Origin: Nitrosomonas ureae
Lineage (GTDB): Bacteria > Pseudomonadota > Gammaproteobacteria > Burkholderiales > Nitrosomonadaceae
Assembly: GCF_001455205.1 (NCBI RefSeq)
Contig: NZ_CP013341.1
Coordinates: 2,369,303 to 2,401,302, forward strand
Direction of reading: 5' to 3'
DNA: 32,000 nt
Position numbers and translations under genes: made by a program. The notes beneath the pieces are model-generated. The model searched no databases, had not been told where the DNA came from, and was given only the letters and a program-made list of their open reading frames with translations. Positions 1-9,499 of this stretch are shown here, in pieces (the stretch's first letter is position 1; the number at the start of each line of letters is the position of its first letter).

Positions 1-1
1 T

Positions 2-823
2 AAATCAAATACTTTTACCCTGGGGCCGCTTGAGGCAGGACCAGCGTGTTGTGATCCGCAACCAGCGATTCAGGTCAAAGATCTGTCTTTGTTGTATAAC
101 GGCAAGGCTGCCCTGGAGAAGGTGACGCTGGATATTTATCAAGGTTGTATTACTGCATTGATCGGGCCATCCGGCTGCGGGAAAACCAGTTTTCTTTCAG
201 CCATCAACCGCCTCACTGATCTGATCCCGGGCTGCAGTATCGCAGGAAAGATTCTAGTAAATAATCAGGATATACATCATCCTGATACGCATACGCAGAC
301 ATTGCGCCGCCAAGTTGGTATGGTGTTCCAGAAACCCACGCCTTTTCCACTTTCCATTCGCCGCAACCTTTCTTTGCCACTCAATGAACATGGTATCACT
401 CAAAAAACGGAAGTAGCGGCAATCATTGAGCAGGTGCTACGCGATGTGGGTTTATGGGATGAAGTTCATGATCGACTGGATGCCTCCGCGCTCAGCTTGT
501 CCGGCGGGCAGCAGCAACGACTTTGTATTGCACGCGCCTTGGCGTTGAAGCCGCAAATCTTATTGATGGACGAGCCCTGTAGCGCGCTCGATCCGATTGC
601 GTCCGGCGTCGTGGAAGATCTGATTTGTCGTCTGCGCGGTCGTTATACCATTGTCATCGTTACGCACAATCTGGCCCAGGCTAGGCGGATCGCTAATTAT
701 GCGGCTTTTTTCTGGATCAGCGGGCATGCCGGACAGCTGATCGAATTTGGCCGCTGCCGGCATATCTTTGAATCGCCCAGCCATGAACTGACAGCTGCGT
801 ATATCAATGGCGCAAGAGGATAA
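2..823 (+). CDS. pstB: Phosphate-type ABC transporter ATP-binding protein (PstB-like); 5' end at or before the window start
   Basis: Tracked ORF 89-823 stays open in the same frame back to nt 2 (..PAIQVKDLSLLYNGKAAL, a typical ABC N-terminus), with no ATG upstream in the window. Walker A GPSGCGKT, Q-loop VGMVFQKPTPFP, signature LSGGQQQR, Walker B LLMDEPCSALDP, H-loop VTHN. The NRLTDLIPG segment is PstB-like. Confidence 0.8.
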   Translation, partial: KSNTFTLGPLEAGPACCDPQPAIQVKDLSLLYNGKAALEKVTLDIYQGCITALIGPSGCGKTSFLSAINRLTDLIPGCSIAGKILVNNQDIHHPDTHTQTLRRQVGMVFQKPTPFPLSIRRNLSLPLNEHGITQKTEVAAIIEQVLRDVGLWDEVHDRLDASALSLSGGQQQRLCIARALALKPQILLMDEPCSALDPIASGVVEDLICRLRGRYTIVIVTHNLAQARRIANYAAFFWISGHAGQLIEFGRCRHIFESPSHELTAAYINGARG

Positions 824-869
824 ATTCATAAGAAATTGGAATAACTCCGTATCAGAAAAAAGGAGAAAT

Positions 870-3008
870 ATGAAACATCGCTGGTGGATACTGGCTCTGC
901 TTGGTGTGGTGATAATGTTATTTTTTGGTTTTGGCTTGGAGCGTTTTTTTACCCTGGAAATGCTCAAGGATCGGCATGAAGAATTACAACAGATCTATCA
1001 AGCAGAACCGTTTCTGGTGATCAGCATTTTCTCGGCAATCTATATTATGCTGGCTGCATTATCATTTCCCGGCGCAACAATAATGACATTGGCTGGCGGC
1101 GCCGTGTTCGGAATATGGATCGGGGTGCCGGTGGTATTGGTCTCGGCTACGATTGGTGCCACGCTGGCGTTCTGGATGGCACGTTATGTATTGCGCGATA
1201 CCGTGCAGCGCCGTTTCGGCGGGCATCTGGAAACAATCAATAAAGGTCTGGAACGGGATGGCGCATTCTATTTATTGTCGTTGCGCTTGGCGCCTATTTT
1301 TCCATTTTTTTTAATCAATTTATTGATGGGGTTGACCACGCTGCCCAGCATAACTTATTTCTGGGTCAGCCTGGTTGGAATGTTTGCTGGAACAGCCGTG
1401 TATGTTAACGCGGGCACGCAGCTGGCGGCAATCACGCAGATGTCGGATGTGATGTCGCCAGTACTGATTATTTCATTTACTGTACTGGCGTTGTTCCCCT
1501 GGCTGGCTCGTTGGACCGTCGAGCGGGTTAAAACCCGGCGGCTGTATGCGCGCTGGTCCAAACCCGCACATTTTGACAGAAATTTAATTGTGATCGGCGC
1601 TGGTGCCGCCGGATTGATGAGCGCATATATGGCCGCCGCTACGCGCGCCAAAGTAACGTTGATCGAAAGCCACAAGATGGGAGGCGATTGCTTGAATTAT
1701 GGCTGCGTTCCATCGAAGGCTTTGATTCGTACCGCGACTTTTTTGCAGCAAACAAAGAATGCCAGGTCATTGGGAATTCAACAGGTCGATGTGGATTATG
1801 ACTTTGCCGATGTGATGGCGCGTGTTCAGCGTGTGGTCAGGACCGTTGAACCGCATGATTCAATTGAACGCTACACGCGCCTGGGCGTTGAGGTATTGCA
1901 AGGCAAAGCAACCATCGTTTCACCGTGGTCGGTGGAGGTCAATGGGAAAACACTGACCACGCGTGCCATCGTCATTGCGACCGGTGCACGCCCGATTGTG
2001 CCGCAAATTCCCGGATTGGAAGCGGCACGCTATTACACTTCCGACACTATCTGGTCACTGACGCAGCGACCGCAACGTTTGATCGTATTGGGTGGCGGAC
2101 CGATTGGCTGCGAACTGGCGCAAACTTTTGCGCGTTTGGATTGCCGTGTAACGCAGATTGTCCGCAGCGATTTGTTGCCGCGTGAAGATACCGATGCGGT
2201 AGCGTTGATAGAAACCGCATTGCAAGCTGATGGCGTGAAGATACTGACGCACGCTGAAACACTACGCTGCGAAAAAGAGGGTGATGCCCAGTATTTAGTG
2301 GTGCGTAGTTCAGATGGCGAGGAAATGGAATTGCCGTTTGATGCGCTGCTATGTGCCGTCGGGCGAACAGCACGCACCGAGGGCTTCGGACTGGAAGAGC
2401 TTGGTGTTCCGGTATCTTTTCAGCACACCATTGAAACCAATGCCTGGCTGCAAACCCTCTACCCGAATATTTATGCGTGCGGTGATGTTGCCGGGCCGTA
2501 TCAATTTACCCATACGGCTGCTCATCAAGCGTGGTATGCATCGGTTAATGCATTATTTGGTGCCTTCAAGCGGCTCAAGGCCGATTATTCGGTGATTCCA
2601 TGGACAACTTTTACCGATCCTGAAGTCGCGCGTGTTGGATTATCGGAGAATGAAGCGAAACAGCGCGGTATCGCTTACGAAGTGACGCGTTTTAATCTGC
2701 AGGACCTGGATCGCGCAATCGCTGATGAAGCCGCGCATGGCTTTGTCAAAGTGCTGACCGTACCGGACAGGGATCGCATTCTCGGCGTCTGTATCGTTGG
2801 CGTTCACGCCAGCGATTTACTGGCGGAATTTGTCTTGGCGATGAAGCACGGTTTGGGTTTAAACAAAATTCTGGGCACCATCCACACCTATCCAACTTGG
2901 TCGGAAGCCAATAAATATGCGGCGGGGGAATGGAAGCGTCAGCATGTGCCGCAATGGCTGATGAAATGGGTGGAGAAGTATCATGCCAAACGGCGATTAA
3001 AGGGTTGA
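870..3008 (+). CDS. Bifunctional TVP38/TMEM64 (DedA/SNARE-associated-like) membrane domain fused to an FAD-dependent pyridine nucleotide-disulfide oxidoreductase
   Basis: ORF 807-3008. Preferred start is ATG 870 (MKHRWWILALLG), a few nt after AGGAG. The N-terminal ~230 aa is multi-helix hydrophobic. It is followed by the GAGAAG FAD fold, the redox-active disulfide motif GGDCLNYGCVPSK, a second GGGPIGCE NAD(P) fold and a C-terminal dimerisation region (HTYPTWSE). Confidence 0.85.
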   Translation: MKHRWWILALLGVVIMLFFGFGLERFFTLEMLKDRHEELQQIYQAEPFLVISIFSAIYIMLAALSFPGATIMTLAGGAVFGIWIGVPVVLVSATIGATLAFWMARYVLRDTVQRRFGGHLETINKGLERDGAFYLLSLRLAPIFPFFLINLLMGLTTLPSITYFWVSLVGMFAGTAVYVNAGTQLAAITQMSDVMSPVLIISFTVLALFPWLARWTVERVKTRRLYARWSKPAHFDRNLIVIGAGAAGLMSAYMAAATRAKVTLIESHKMGGDCLNYGCVPSKALIRTATFLQQTKNARSLGIQQVDVDYDFADVMARVQRVVRTVEPHDSIERYTRLGVEVLQGKATIVSPWSVEVNGKTLTTRAIVIATGARPIVPQIPGLEAARYYTSDTIWSLTQRPQRLIVLGGGPIGCELAQTFARLDCRVTQIVRSDLLPREDTDAVALIETALQADGVKILTHAETLRCEKEGDAQYLVVRSSDGEEMELPFDALLCAVGRTARTEGFGLEELGVPVSFQHTIETNAWLQTLYPNIYACGDVAGPYQFTHTAAHQAWYASVNALFGAFKRLKADYSVIPWTTFTDPEVARVGLSENEAKQRGIAYEVTRFNLQDLDRAIADEAAHGFVKVLTVPDRDRILGVCIVGVHASDLLAEFVLAMKHGLGLNKILGTIHTYPTWSEANKYAAGEWKRQHVPQWLMKWVEKYHAKRRLKG

Positions 3009-3195
3009 GAGGATTGATGTTGAGAAAAAGATATTGGTATATTGATTCCATCGTCGCCTTCTTTGATAGCTAGTTGCGCTTCGGGTATGTATTGGTCGGG
3101 ATCGAAGAGTATTAATTAATGTAAGCCTCCGGCTTATTCGCAGGTAATTTAACTTCTTTCATTACCTTCCGACAATCTAAGAATTTGTAAAGTAA

Positions 3196-3245
3196 TTGGT
3201 ATAAATTGTTTGAGTTGTTTGTCCTAGCTTGGTATATTTTGTTTG
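3196..3245 (+). promoter_or_regulatory. Two direct copies of TTGGTATAwwTTGTTTG, 33 bp apart, upstream of the PII-like gene (possible regulator sites)
   Basis: ttggtataaattgtttg at 3196-3212 and ttggtatattttgtttg at 3229-3245, about 70-120 nt upstream of ATG 3316. Function is inferred only. Confidence 0.3.
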
Positions 3246-3315
3246 TAATATTTGAGGCATATAGATTTGGAGTATTTCAGAAGTATATTTTTAAACTATC
3301 TTCACAAGGAAATAT

Positions 3316-3651
3316 ATGAAAAAAATAGAGGCAGTTGTTCTTGCATCCAGAGAAAAAAACATTTTAGATGCTTTGCAAAGATTAGGAATTGGTGGGCTGA
3401 CCGTAACCCCTGGAAAGGGTCGTGGGAAAGGGCCTAGAGACGTCCAGCCAGGGCTGGGTCGTTACATTGAACGATACAATGATGTTTTGACGTTTTTTAT
3501 TGTTGTTGAGGATTCTAAAGTAGACAAAGTAGTATCAGCAATTACAGAAGCATCTCATACGGGCAATTTAGGTGATGGCAAAATCTTCATCTCTACAATT
3601 GATGATGTTATTGATATCACAACCAAACAAAAAGGAGAGGCATACATCTAA
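3316..3651 (+). CDS. PII-like (GlnB superfamily) signal protein with an atypical T-loop
   Basis: 111 aa. MKKIEAVV start; beta-alpha-beta layout; B-loop-like HTGNLGDGKIFIS. RBS AAGGAA upstream. The T-loop region (GKGRGKGPRDVQPGLGRYIERYND) is longer than and unlike canonical GlnB/GlnK. Confidence 0.7.
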   Translation: MKKIEAVVLASREKNILDALQRLGIGGLTVTPGKGRGKGPRDVQPGLGRYIERYNDVLTFFIVVEDSKVDKVVSAITEASHTGNLGDGKIFISTIDDVIDITTKQKGEAYI

Positions 3652-3862
3652 GCTGGTATTGCCAAGTTAAATCTCACAAGGTGATCTATGCTTGAATTAT
3701 TTATACTAATTCCGACTTGATCAAACAGTTATCCGTTTTTTAGGTGTCTGTTAGTTTAGGTTTGAGATGAATTTTTTCGCCCAAATTAATAGTTTTTCAG
3801 ACAAATAGTAGAATTTTACTGTGACACAATCAGAAAATTTACAGCGCCGATAACGCCCATAT

Positions 3863-5260
3863 CTAAAGAGTAGCTACCGACAAATACTCTGGAATACTGG
3901 CCGTCCAATTAAGTTTTTGTTGTATTGCATTTACCAGGGCAGTGGAGTTGCTGATCTCGCCATGCACGACATAAATCTTTTCGGACATTTTCTGGAAGTG
4001 TCCAAGCCAAGCGAGTAAATCAGCTTGATCGGCATGCGCTGAGAGACCGCCGATGGTATGAATGGTTGCCCTGACTCGAACTTCCTGACCCAAAATATTA
4101 ACTTGTCTGGCGCCATCCACGAGTCGCCTGCCCAAGGTTCGCGCAGCTTGAAAGCCAGTAATCAGAATGCTGCATTCAGGTCGTCCCAGATTGTATTTGA
4201 GGTGGTGTTTGATACGCCCGGCATCACACATGCCACTGGCTGAAATGATGATGATGCCGCGTTTTATGTCATTGAGTTGCATCGATTCCTCAGTGTCTTG
4301 CACAAAATGTATCCGGGGCTTTCGTGCGCTATCGTTTATCCATTGCAATGCATTGGCGGATTCCTGATCGAGCAGGGAAAGGTGCTGCAGCGTGATTTCA
4401 GTGGCTGCCCGAGCCATCGGTGAATCCACATAAATTTCCATGTCTCCAAGCCTGCCTTGCCGATGGAGATCAACCAACAGAAACAGAATGTCCTGAGTGC
4501 GTCCCACCGTGAATGCCGGAATGATGACGTTGCCACCTTTTTGAATCAGGGTATCGTTAATTGCATGCACCAGTTCATCCAGTGTATCGCGCATATTGCG
4601 ATGCAGCCGGTTGCCGTAGGTGGATTCAATCAACAGAACATCGGTTTGCCGAATAATTGCAGGATCCCGCACGACCGGATGTCCGGGTTGTCCGAGATCG
4701 CCGGAAAATACAATTTTCTTCTGTCCTGCGGATTGTTTTATCCAAACCTCGATGATGGAAGAGCCAAGAATATGTCCGGCATCGCGAAAGCAACATCGTA
4801 TTGTGGGATGAGGGGTAATTTCGATATCGTAATCAATACGATGTAATTGCTTCAGCAGAGCTTCCGCTTGCGTCACTGTATAAAGCGGGGCGAGATCTTG
4901 TGGAAATCGACTACGGCGACGGGATTTATTGCGCCATTCGATTTCTTTCTCCTGAATATAGGCGCTATCCTTGAGCATGACATGGAGTAAATCGGCGGTC
5001 GCCGTAGTGCAGTATACCGGCCCTCGGAAGCCCCAGGCGCTTAACCGCGGCAATAATCCGGAATGATCGATATGAGCGTGAGTCAATAATACGAAGTCAA
5101 TTGTTTTAGGATCAAATTTAAAAGCGGTACGGTTCTTTCTGTCCGCTTCCCGTCCGCCTTGAAACATACCGCAATCGACCAGAAATTTTACTGTTCCTGT
5201 TTCAATGAGGTAACTGGAGCCGGTGACTTCTCCGGCTGCGCCTAAGAAAGTCAGTTGCAT
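3863..5260 (-). CDS. MBL-fold metallo-hydrolase of the beta-CASP RNA-metabolising type
   Basis: 465 aa. HAHIDHSG (HxHxDH) motif, DAGHILGS, and the beta-CASP/RMMBL-type C-terminus with GLSAHAD. Confidence 0.8.
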   Translation of the reverse strand: MQLTFLGAAGEVTGSSYLIETGTVKFLVDCGMFQGGREADRKNRTAFKFDPKTIDFVLLTHAHIDHSGLLPRLSAWGFRGPVYCTTATADLLHVMLKDSAYIQEKEIEWRNKSRRRSRFPQDLAPLYTVTQAEALLKQLHRIDYDIEITPHPTIRCCFRDAGHILGSSIIEVWIKQSAGQKKIVFSGDLGQPGHPVVRDPAIIRQTDVLLIESTYGNRLHRNMRDTLDELVHAINDTLIQKGGNVIIPAFTVGRTQDILFLLVDLHRQGRLGDMEIYVDSPMARAATEITLQHLSLLDQESANALQWINDSARKPRIHFVQDTEESMQLNDIKRGIIIISASGMCDAGRIKHHLKYNLGRPECSILITGFQAARTLGRRLVDGARQVNILGQEVRVRATIHTIGGLSAHADQADLLAWLGHFQKMSEKIYVVHGEISNSTALVNAIQQKLNWTASIPEYLSVATL

Positions 5261-5281
5261 GATATATATTTCATCGGTGGA

Positions 5282-6619
5282 TTAGAGTGTATCCAATATT
5301 TGCAGCGTGCCATTAACCAGTAAGTCCATTTCCTGTTCATTGATGATGTAAGGCGGCATGAAATAAATGGTTCTCCCCAATGGACGCAATAATAATTGTT
5401 GTTTCAACCCGGCTTGGAAACACGTTGCAGCAAAATCCGCCTCTTCTGTTTCAACTTCAAAAGCCCAAATCATGCCGCAATTGCGGAAGTTGATGACTTT
5501 GGGATGAGCTGCAAGTGCGGTTGCAATTTTATTGAGATACGCTGCCTTGATTTTATTGGCATCAATGATTTGATTCTGTTCAAAAATATCCAGCGTGGCT
5601 AAAGCTGCGCGACAGGCTAATGCATTGCCGCTATGCGAATGCGAATGTAGAAATGCATGGGCTATTTTGTCATCGTAAAAAGCTTGATAAATTGTATCGG
5701 TGGTCATGACGACCGAGAGCGGCAGATAACCGCCGCTCAGGCCCTTCGATAAGCATAGGAAGTCCGGAGCGATATCAGCCTGGTTGCAAGCAAACAGAGT
5801 GCCCGTTCGACCAAAACCGACCGCAATTTCGTCAGCAATCATATGTATCTGGTACTGATGGCATATTTCCCGCGCGCGCTGCAAATAAATCGGATGATAC
5901 ATGCCCATGCCGGTTGCGCCTTGAACCAGCGGTTCAAGAATGAGCGCGGCGATCTGTTCGTAGTTTTCCGCGACATGCTGCTCGAGAGCGGCGGCAGCGC
6001 GAATAGCGTAATCATGCGCAGATTCGCCAGGTTCTGCGTAGCGCCAGTCGGGGGTTGGAACGTGTGTGCACTGCCGCAGCAATGGCGCATAGGTTTGCTT
6101 GAAAATGGCGACATCGGTGACTGATAGTGCGCCCAAGGTTTCACCATGATAATCGTTTTGCAAACTGATAAAACGATTTTTCTGCGGCTGCCCGCACAAA
6201 AGCCAGTAGTGAAAGCTCATTTTCAATGCGATTTCAATTGCTGAAGCGCCGTCGCTGGCGTAGAAACAATGCCCGAGTGTGCCCGGCGCCATGTTTCTCA
6301 ACCGTTCCGATAGCGCTACAACCGGCTCATGGGTAAAGCCTGCCAGCATGACATGTTCTATTTTCTCGAGCTGATCACGAATCGCGGCATTGATATAAGC
6401 ATTGCTATGACCAAAGAGATTGACCCACCAAGAGCTGATTGCGTCCAAATAGCAATTGCCATCCGCATCATGAAGCCATACGCCTTTTCCGCTGGTCACT
6501 GGAATGAGCGGATAGGCTTCATGTTGTTTCATTTGCGTGCACGGATGCCATACAGTTTCAAGACTTCGCTGTTGCAGATGTGATGGAGCTATAGGCGTAT
6601 TGAGATTAGTTTTCGTCAT
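5282..6619 (-). CDS. bioA: Adenosylmethionine-8-amino-7-oxononanoate aminotransferase
   Basis: 445 aa. WHPCTQMK..PLIPV..GKGVWLHDADGNCYLDAISSWWVNLFGH N-terminus, DEIAVGFGRTG, and a class-III aminotransferase layout typical of BioA. Confidence 0.9.
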   Translation of the reverse strand: MTKTNLNTPIAPSHLQQRSLETVWHPCTQMKQHEAYPLIPVTSGKGVWLHDADGNCYLDAISSWWVNLFGHSNAYINAAIRDQLEKIEHVMLAGFTHEPVVALSERLRNMAPGTLGHCFYASDGASAIEIALKMSFHYWLLCGQPQKNRFISLQNDYHGETLGALSVTDVAIFKQTYAPLLRQCTHVPTPDWRYAEPGESAHDYAIRAAAALEQHVAENYEQIAALILEPLVQGATGMGMYHPIYLQRAREICHQYQIHMIADEIAVGFGRTGTLFACNQADIAPDFLCLSKGLSGGYLPLSVVMTTDTIYQAFYDDKIAHAFLHSHSHSGNALACRAALATLDIFEQNQIIDANKIKAAYLNKIATALAAHPKVINFRNCGMIWAFEVETEEADFAATCFQAGLKQQLLLRPLGRTIYFMPPYIINEQEMDLLVNGTLQILDTL

Positions 6620-6789
6620 ATAAATTTGTTAATCGAAGTGCGAAAATTCTTGGAGATTGTTGCTAACATTTTCAATGATAATCAATTGACCATTGTAGAC
6701 TATGAGGTGACATTTCTGAGTATTTTTGACCTTGTACAGGATCCTTGATACATTCAGGTTTTCCAATAAAATTCATTGTTTTCGCGGGT

Positions 6790-8124
6790 ATGGACTCAGA
6801 AATTAATACACCTTCATCCAATTTGCTGCCTGATAACGATGCGCAACGCATACTGCTGCACAATGAGGTGCATGCCCGTCCCAGTCAGCGCATCCAGTTA
6901 CCCGCCTTGGTGATCTATGTGGTTGTAATCAATGCGGGTATTACACGCGAACAGGAATGTGAACATTTGCGCCGCCTCCCCGGGCAACAGGCTCTAATGC
7001 CGGAGCAATTGCAAAATAATTTTTTACAATTGTACCTGCAAGATTATGTTTTAAGGTGGGAGCGTCATACGGAGTTTACACGCTATGCGTTATTACAACA
7101 CTTGCCTGAAAATGTCCAACTTGGTGCGATAGATCCTGAACTACTGGCTTATATTGCGTTACCGCAAGGATGGCTGGCCGGAATTCCTGGAAAAACCTTT
7201 GCGGCTATCAAATTGGCGATGATGGAGGATGAACTAAGTCAAGCGGACAAAACGCTTGAGCAAGCGCGTAACTGGTTTGGCGGTAATCGCGTGGTAGCGT
7301 CGCTGATGGGCAGAGAAGGATACTCGCTTGCAGTGACGGATTTCAGGCTGCGTCCAAGTGGTTTTGAGCGCATGCTGGTGATTATGTCGGCTGATGCATC
7401 CGAGACACGCGCCGGACGTGTTGCGCAGCGTCTGCTTGAAATTGAAACTTACCGATTAATGGCGCTAAAAGGATTACCGTTCGCTAAGCGCCTTATTCCC
7501 GAGTTAACCACTGCTGAACAGCAATTATCGGATATTACAGCGCAACTCGAGAATAAGGCCAGCTCTGACCAGGAGCTTCTCGATACGCTGATCTTTCTGG
7601 CTGCACGCATTGAGCGTGCCACGGTTGAACATGGCTATCGTTTTGCGGCGACACAAGCTTATAACAAACTGGTGATACAACGTATTAGCGAACTTAGAGA
7701 AAAAGCCATACCAGGTACTCCAACCATTGGGGAATTTATGCAACGACGGCTTTCTCCAGCGATAGCGACAGTGGATGCGACGGCACAACGTATGAGCTAT
7801 CTTTCCGCACGCGTATCACGAGCCAGTGCTTTGCTGCGCACGCGCGTTGATATCCAGACGGAAACCCAGAATCAACAGTTATTGGAAAAACTTACCCGTG
7901 GCCAGGAATTACAATTGCGCTTACAAAGTACAGTGGAAGGCTTATCGATTGCAGCGATTTCGTATTACGTCATCAGTCTGTTGTTGTATTTGGCGAAGGC
8001 AGGCAAAGCGGCCGGCTTGCCAATACAACCCGAGTTGCTGACCGGATTGATGATTCCTGTTGTCGTGTGGTTGGTCTGGCGTGCCACACGCCGCATTCAC
8101 GATAAATTTTTTAAGCTACCGTAG
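6790..8124 (+). CDS. DUF3422-like membrane-anchored protein
   Basis: ORF 6745-8124; the ATG at 6790 (MDSEINT) is the preferred start. LHNEVHARP motif near the N-terminus, a long helical middle and two C-terminal TM helices (LSIAAISYYVISLLLYLA; LMIPVVVWLVWRA). The family assignment is from memory of the HARP motif. Confidence 0.65.
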   Translation: MDSEINTPSSNLLPDNDAQRILLHNEVHARPSQRIQLPALVIYVVVINAGITREQECEHLRRLPGQQALMPEQLQNNFLQLYLQDYVLRWERHTEFTRYALLQHLPENVQLGAIDPELLAYIALPQGWLAGIPGKTFAAIKLAMMEDELSQADKTLEQARNWFGGNRVVASLMGREGYSLAVTDFRLRPSGFERMLVIMSADASETRAGRVAQRLLEIETYRLMALKGLPFAKRLIPELTTAEQQLSDITAQLENKASSDQELLDTLIFLAARIERATVEHGYRFAATQAYNKLVIQRISELREKAIPGTPTIGEFMQRRLSPAIATVDATAQRMSYLSARVSRASALLRTRVDIQTETQNQQLLEKLTRGQELQLRLQSTVEGLSIAAISYYVISLLLYLAKAGKAAGLPIQPELLTGLMIPVVVWLVWRATRRIHDKFFKLP

Positions 8125-8464
8125 ATAGCGTCGTCACAAGACATTCACCTAGAGAGCGATACCTCGGATTTGAATAGCGGTAAGGAAGGATGCTGAAGTT
8201 TTAGCATAGTGCGTGCCAATAGCGACGGCTTCTGAAAATAGGTGGTTGTATTCATACCGGGGGTACAAAAGCCCCAATCAATATGTAGCGGAAACAGAAA
8301 TATTGAAAAAAGTCGCTTAAGTGGGTTGTCCGCTTTTACTTGATGAGGTCATACTCATTTGATTTTTAGTTTATTTTTTATTTTTATAAGATGGATTCAA
8401 AAGGCTTGCTCTTGCTATATCCCATCCGGTAGCCTTCGTTTGTCACGTGTAGTCACAAATATAT

Positions 8465-8665
8465 TTATTCATTTGATGTTTCTTCTATAAACTCAATCTT
8501 ATAATTGTCTTGATTATCATCATTCACAACACCGTTAGCTTTAGCCTTATTCCAAGCATCTGTAATGTAGTCTTCTTTATTTAACATATCATCTGCCAGG
8601 CTCAGGGAGAATTGAGCTTTTACTTCTCCTGAAGATTTTTCAATAATCTGTACTTTTTTTAACAT
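8465..8665 (-). CDS. P-type small protein, paralog P3 (unassigned family)
   Basis: Tracked ORF 8465-8764. The internal ATG at 8665 (MLKKVQIIEKSSGE..) has a GGAAG RBS and aligns with paralogs P1 and P2: KxxIxxK .. KEDYxxxAWxxAxxxG[LV]V .. NYxxxF. Confidence 0.55.
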   Translation of the reverse strand: MLKKVQIIEKSSGEVKAQFSLSLADDMLNKEDYITDAWNKAKANGVVNDDNQDNYKIEFIEETSNE

Positions 8666-8717
8666 ACAAACACTTCCATAAATTGATATTCTGCTTACAA
8701 ATATCTCGAAATTAACA

Positions 8718-8869
8718 TCATAAAATCCCGTCGGGTACATTTTTTCCAGGTGGGGCACCTTCACGTATTAGATTTTCATAGGAAAGATCTTCCGGTGATA
8801 TTCTGTTAGGTGATGGTGGTTCCACACAAGGTGAATGATCATTTGGATTAATGTCAGTATTTTTTTCAT
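8718..8869 (-). CDS. A-type small acidic/proline-rich protein, paralog A3; the long frame needs a 1-nt shift in an A7 tract
   Basis: ATG 8869 lies 7 nt after GGAG and is followed by A7 (T-run 8860-8866 on the + strand). The zero frame gives 33 aa (stop 8768). With one extra A it reads MKKNTDINPNDHSPCVEPPSPNRISPEDLSYENLIREGAPPGKNVPDGIL (stop 8718). That product shares SPxxISxxDL[ST]xE..VPD with the 70-aa protein at 9611-9823. Confidence 0.3.
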
Positions 8870-8880
8870 AATCTTACTCC

Positions 8881-9174
8881 TTAATGTTCCGTGCCTGATG
8901 GAGGGCGGGGTGTTGAATTATTTCTTCCAGAGTCTTTGTTTATCTTTTCTGGTGGACTACTGGCATTTGAATCTTTCTTATCTATAGAATCTGTCTCGCA
9001 TGGATCTCCGCCATCTATTCTTTCATGATAATGACCGGATTCTAGTTTTTCGCATTTCTGCTTCTCATATAAACGATCTTTACTGTCATAGGATTGTGCT
9101 AAAACATGAGTTCCTGGAAACATAAATAAAGCAAAAACCAAGAAAATGATGGTTAAATCATTGACATAACGCAT
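8881..9174 (-). CDS. S-type small exported protein, paralog S3
   Basis: ATG 9174 (MRYVNDLTIIFLVFALFMFPGTHVLAQ|S) follows AGGAG. It has a signal-peptide-like N-terminus and a hydrophilic low-complexity mature part. It aligns with S1 (10282-10593). Confidence 0.6.
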   Translation of the reverse strand: MRYVNDLTIIFLVFALFMFPGTHVLAQSYDSKDRLYEKQKCEKLESGHYHERIDGGDPCETDSIDKKDSNASSPPEKINKDSGRNNSTPRPPSGTEH

Positions 9175-9292
9175 TTGAGCTCTCCTGAAAAGCAAAGATT
9201 GTCACTATGCAAAATTTCAATGGGAAGGTCTGTGCGAAAACCAACATTAGAAAATATAAACCGCTGAAGGGGGAAGTTAGAACAATGAATAA

Positions 9293-9499
9293 TTACCTGT
9301 CATATTGAGAGGTATTATCATCAACAAATTTCATAGAATAATTTGATCGATTGGATTCATCTACTAACCCGTTATCAACTGCATGATCCCAAGCTTCTGC
9401 GAAAAAATCTTCCTTTAAATCATTTTCAACCCGTTCAATTGGATATTCCGCAATTATTTGCTGTGATAATTTATCAGTAATTCTGATTTTATTAATTAT
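9293..9499 (-). pseudogene. P-type small protein, paralog P2; the initiator position is ATA (non-canonical start or inactivated copy)
   Basis: Not in the ORF track. The reverse strand reads (I)INKIRITDKLSQQIIAEYPIERVENDLKEDFFAEAWDHAVDNGLVDESNRSNYSMKFVDDNTSQYDR*. A GGAG lies 7 nt upstream of ATA 9499-9497, which aligns with the ATG of P1 and P3. The open frame has no ATG/GTG/TTG (upstream stop at 9518-9520). Confidence 0.45.

Noticed and set aside
3196-3245. Possible sigma-54 promoter (TGG..N..TTG) in the repeated motif upstream of the PII-like gene
   Set aside because: The GG-to-GC spacing and the -12 element do not fit TGGCAC-N5-TTGC in either copy. They are kept only as unexplained direct repeats.
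560-7788. Numerous 60-135-aa ORFs inside or antisense to pstB, the oxidoreductase fusion, the MBL gene, bioA and DUF3422 (for example 560-967, 1355-1675, 2033-2377, 4457-4846, 5839-6147, 7525-7788, 3252-3437)
   Set aside because: They overlap longer ORFs that carry clear family motifs. None has motif or RBS support.
8125-8464. Looked for a tRNA/tmRNA gene, integrase or direct repeats marking the left border of the AT-rich island
   Set aside because: There is no T-arm-like GGTTCGAATCC or cloverleaf and no recombinase ORF. Only short weak hairpins are present.
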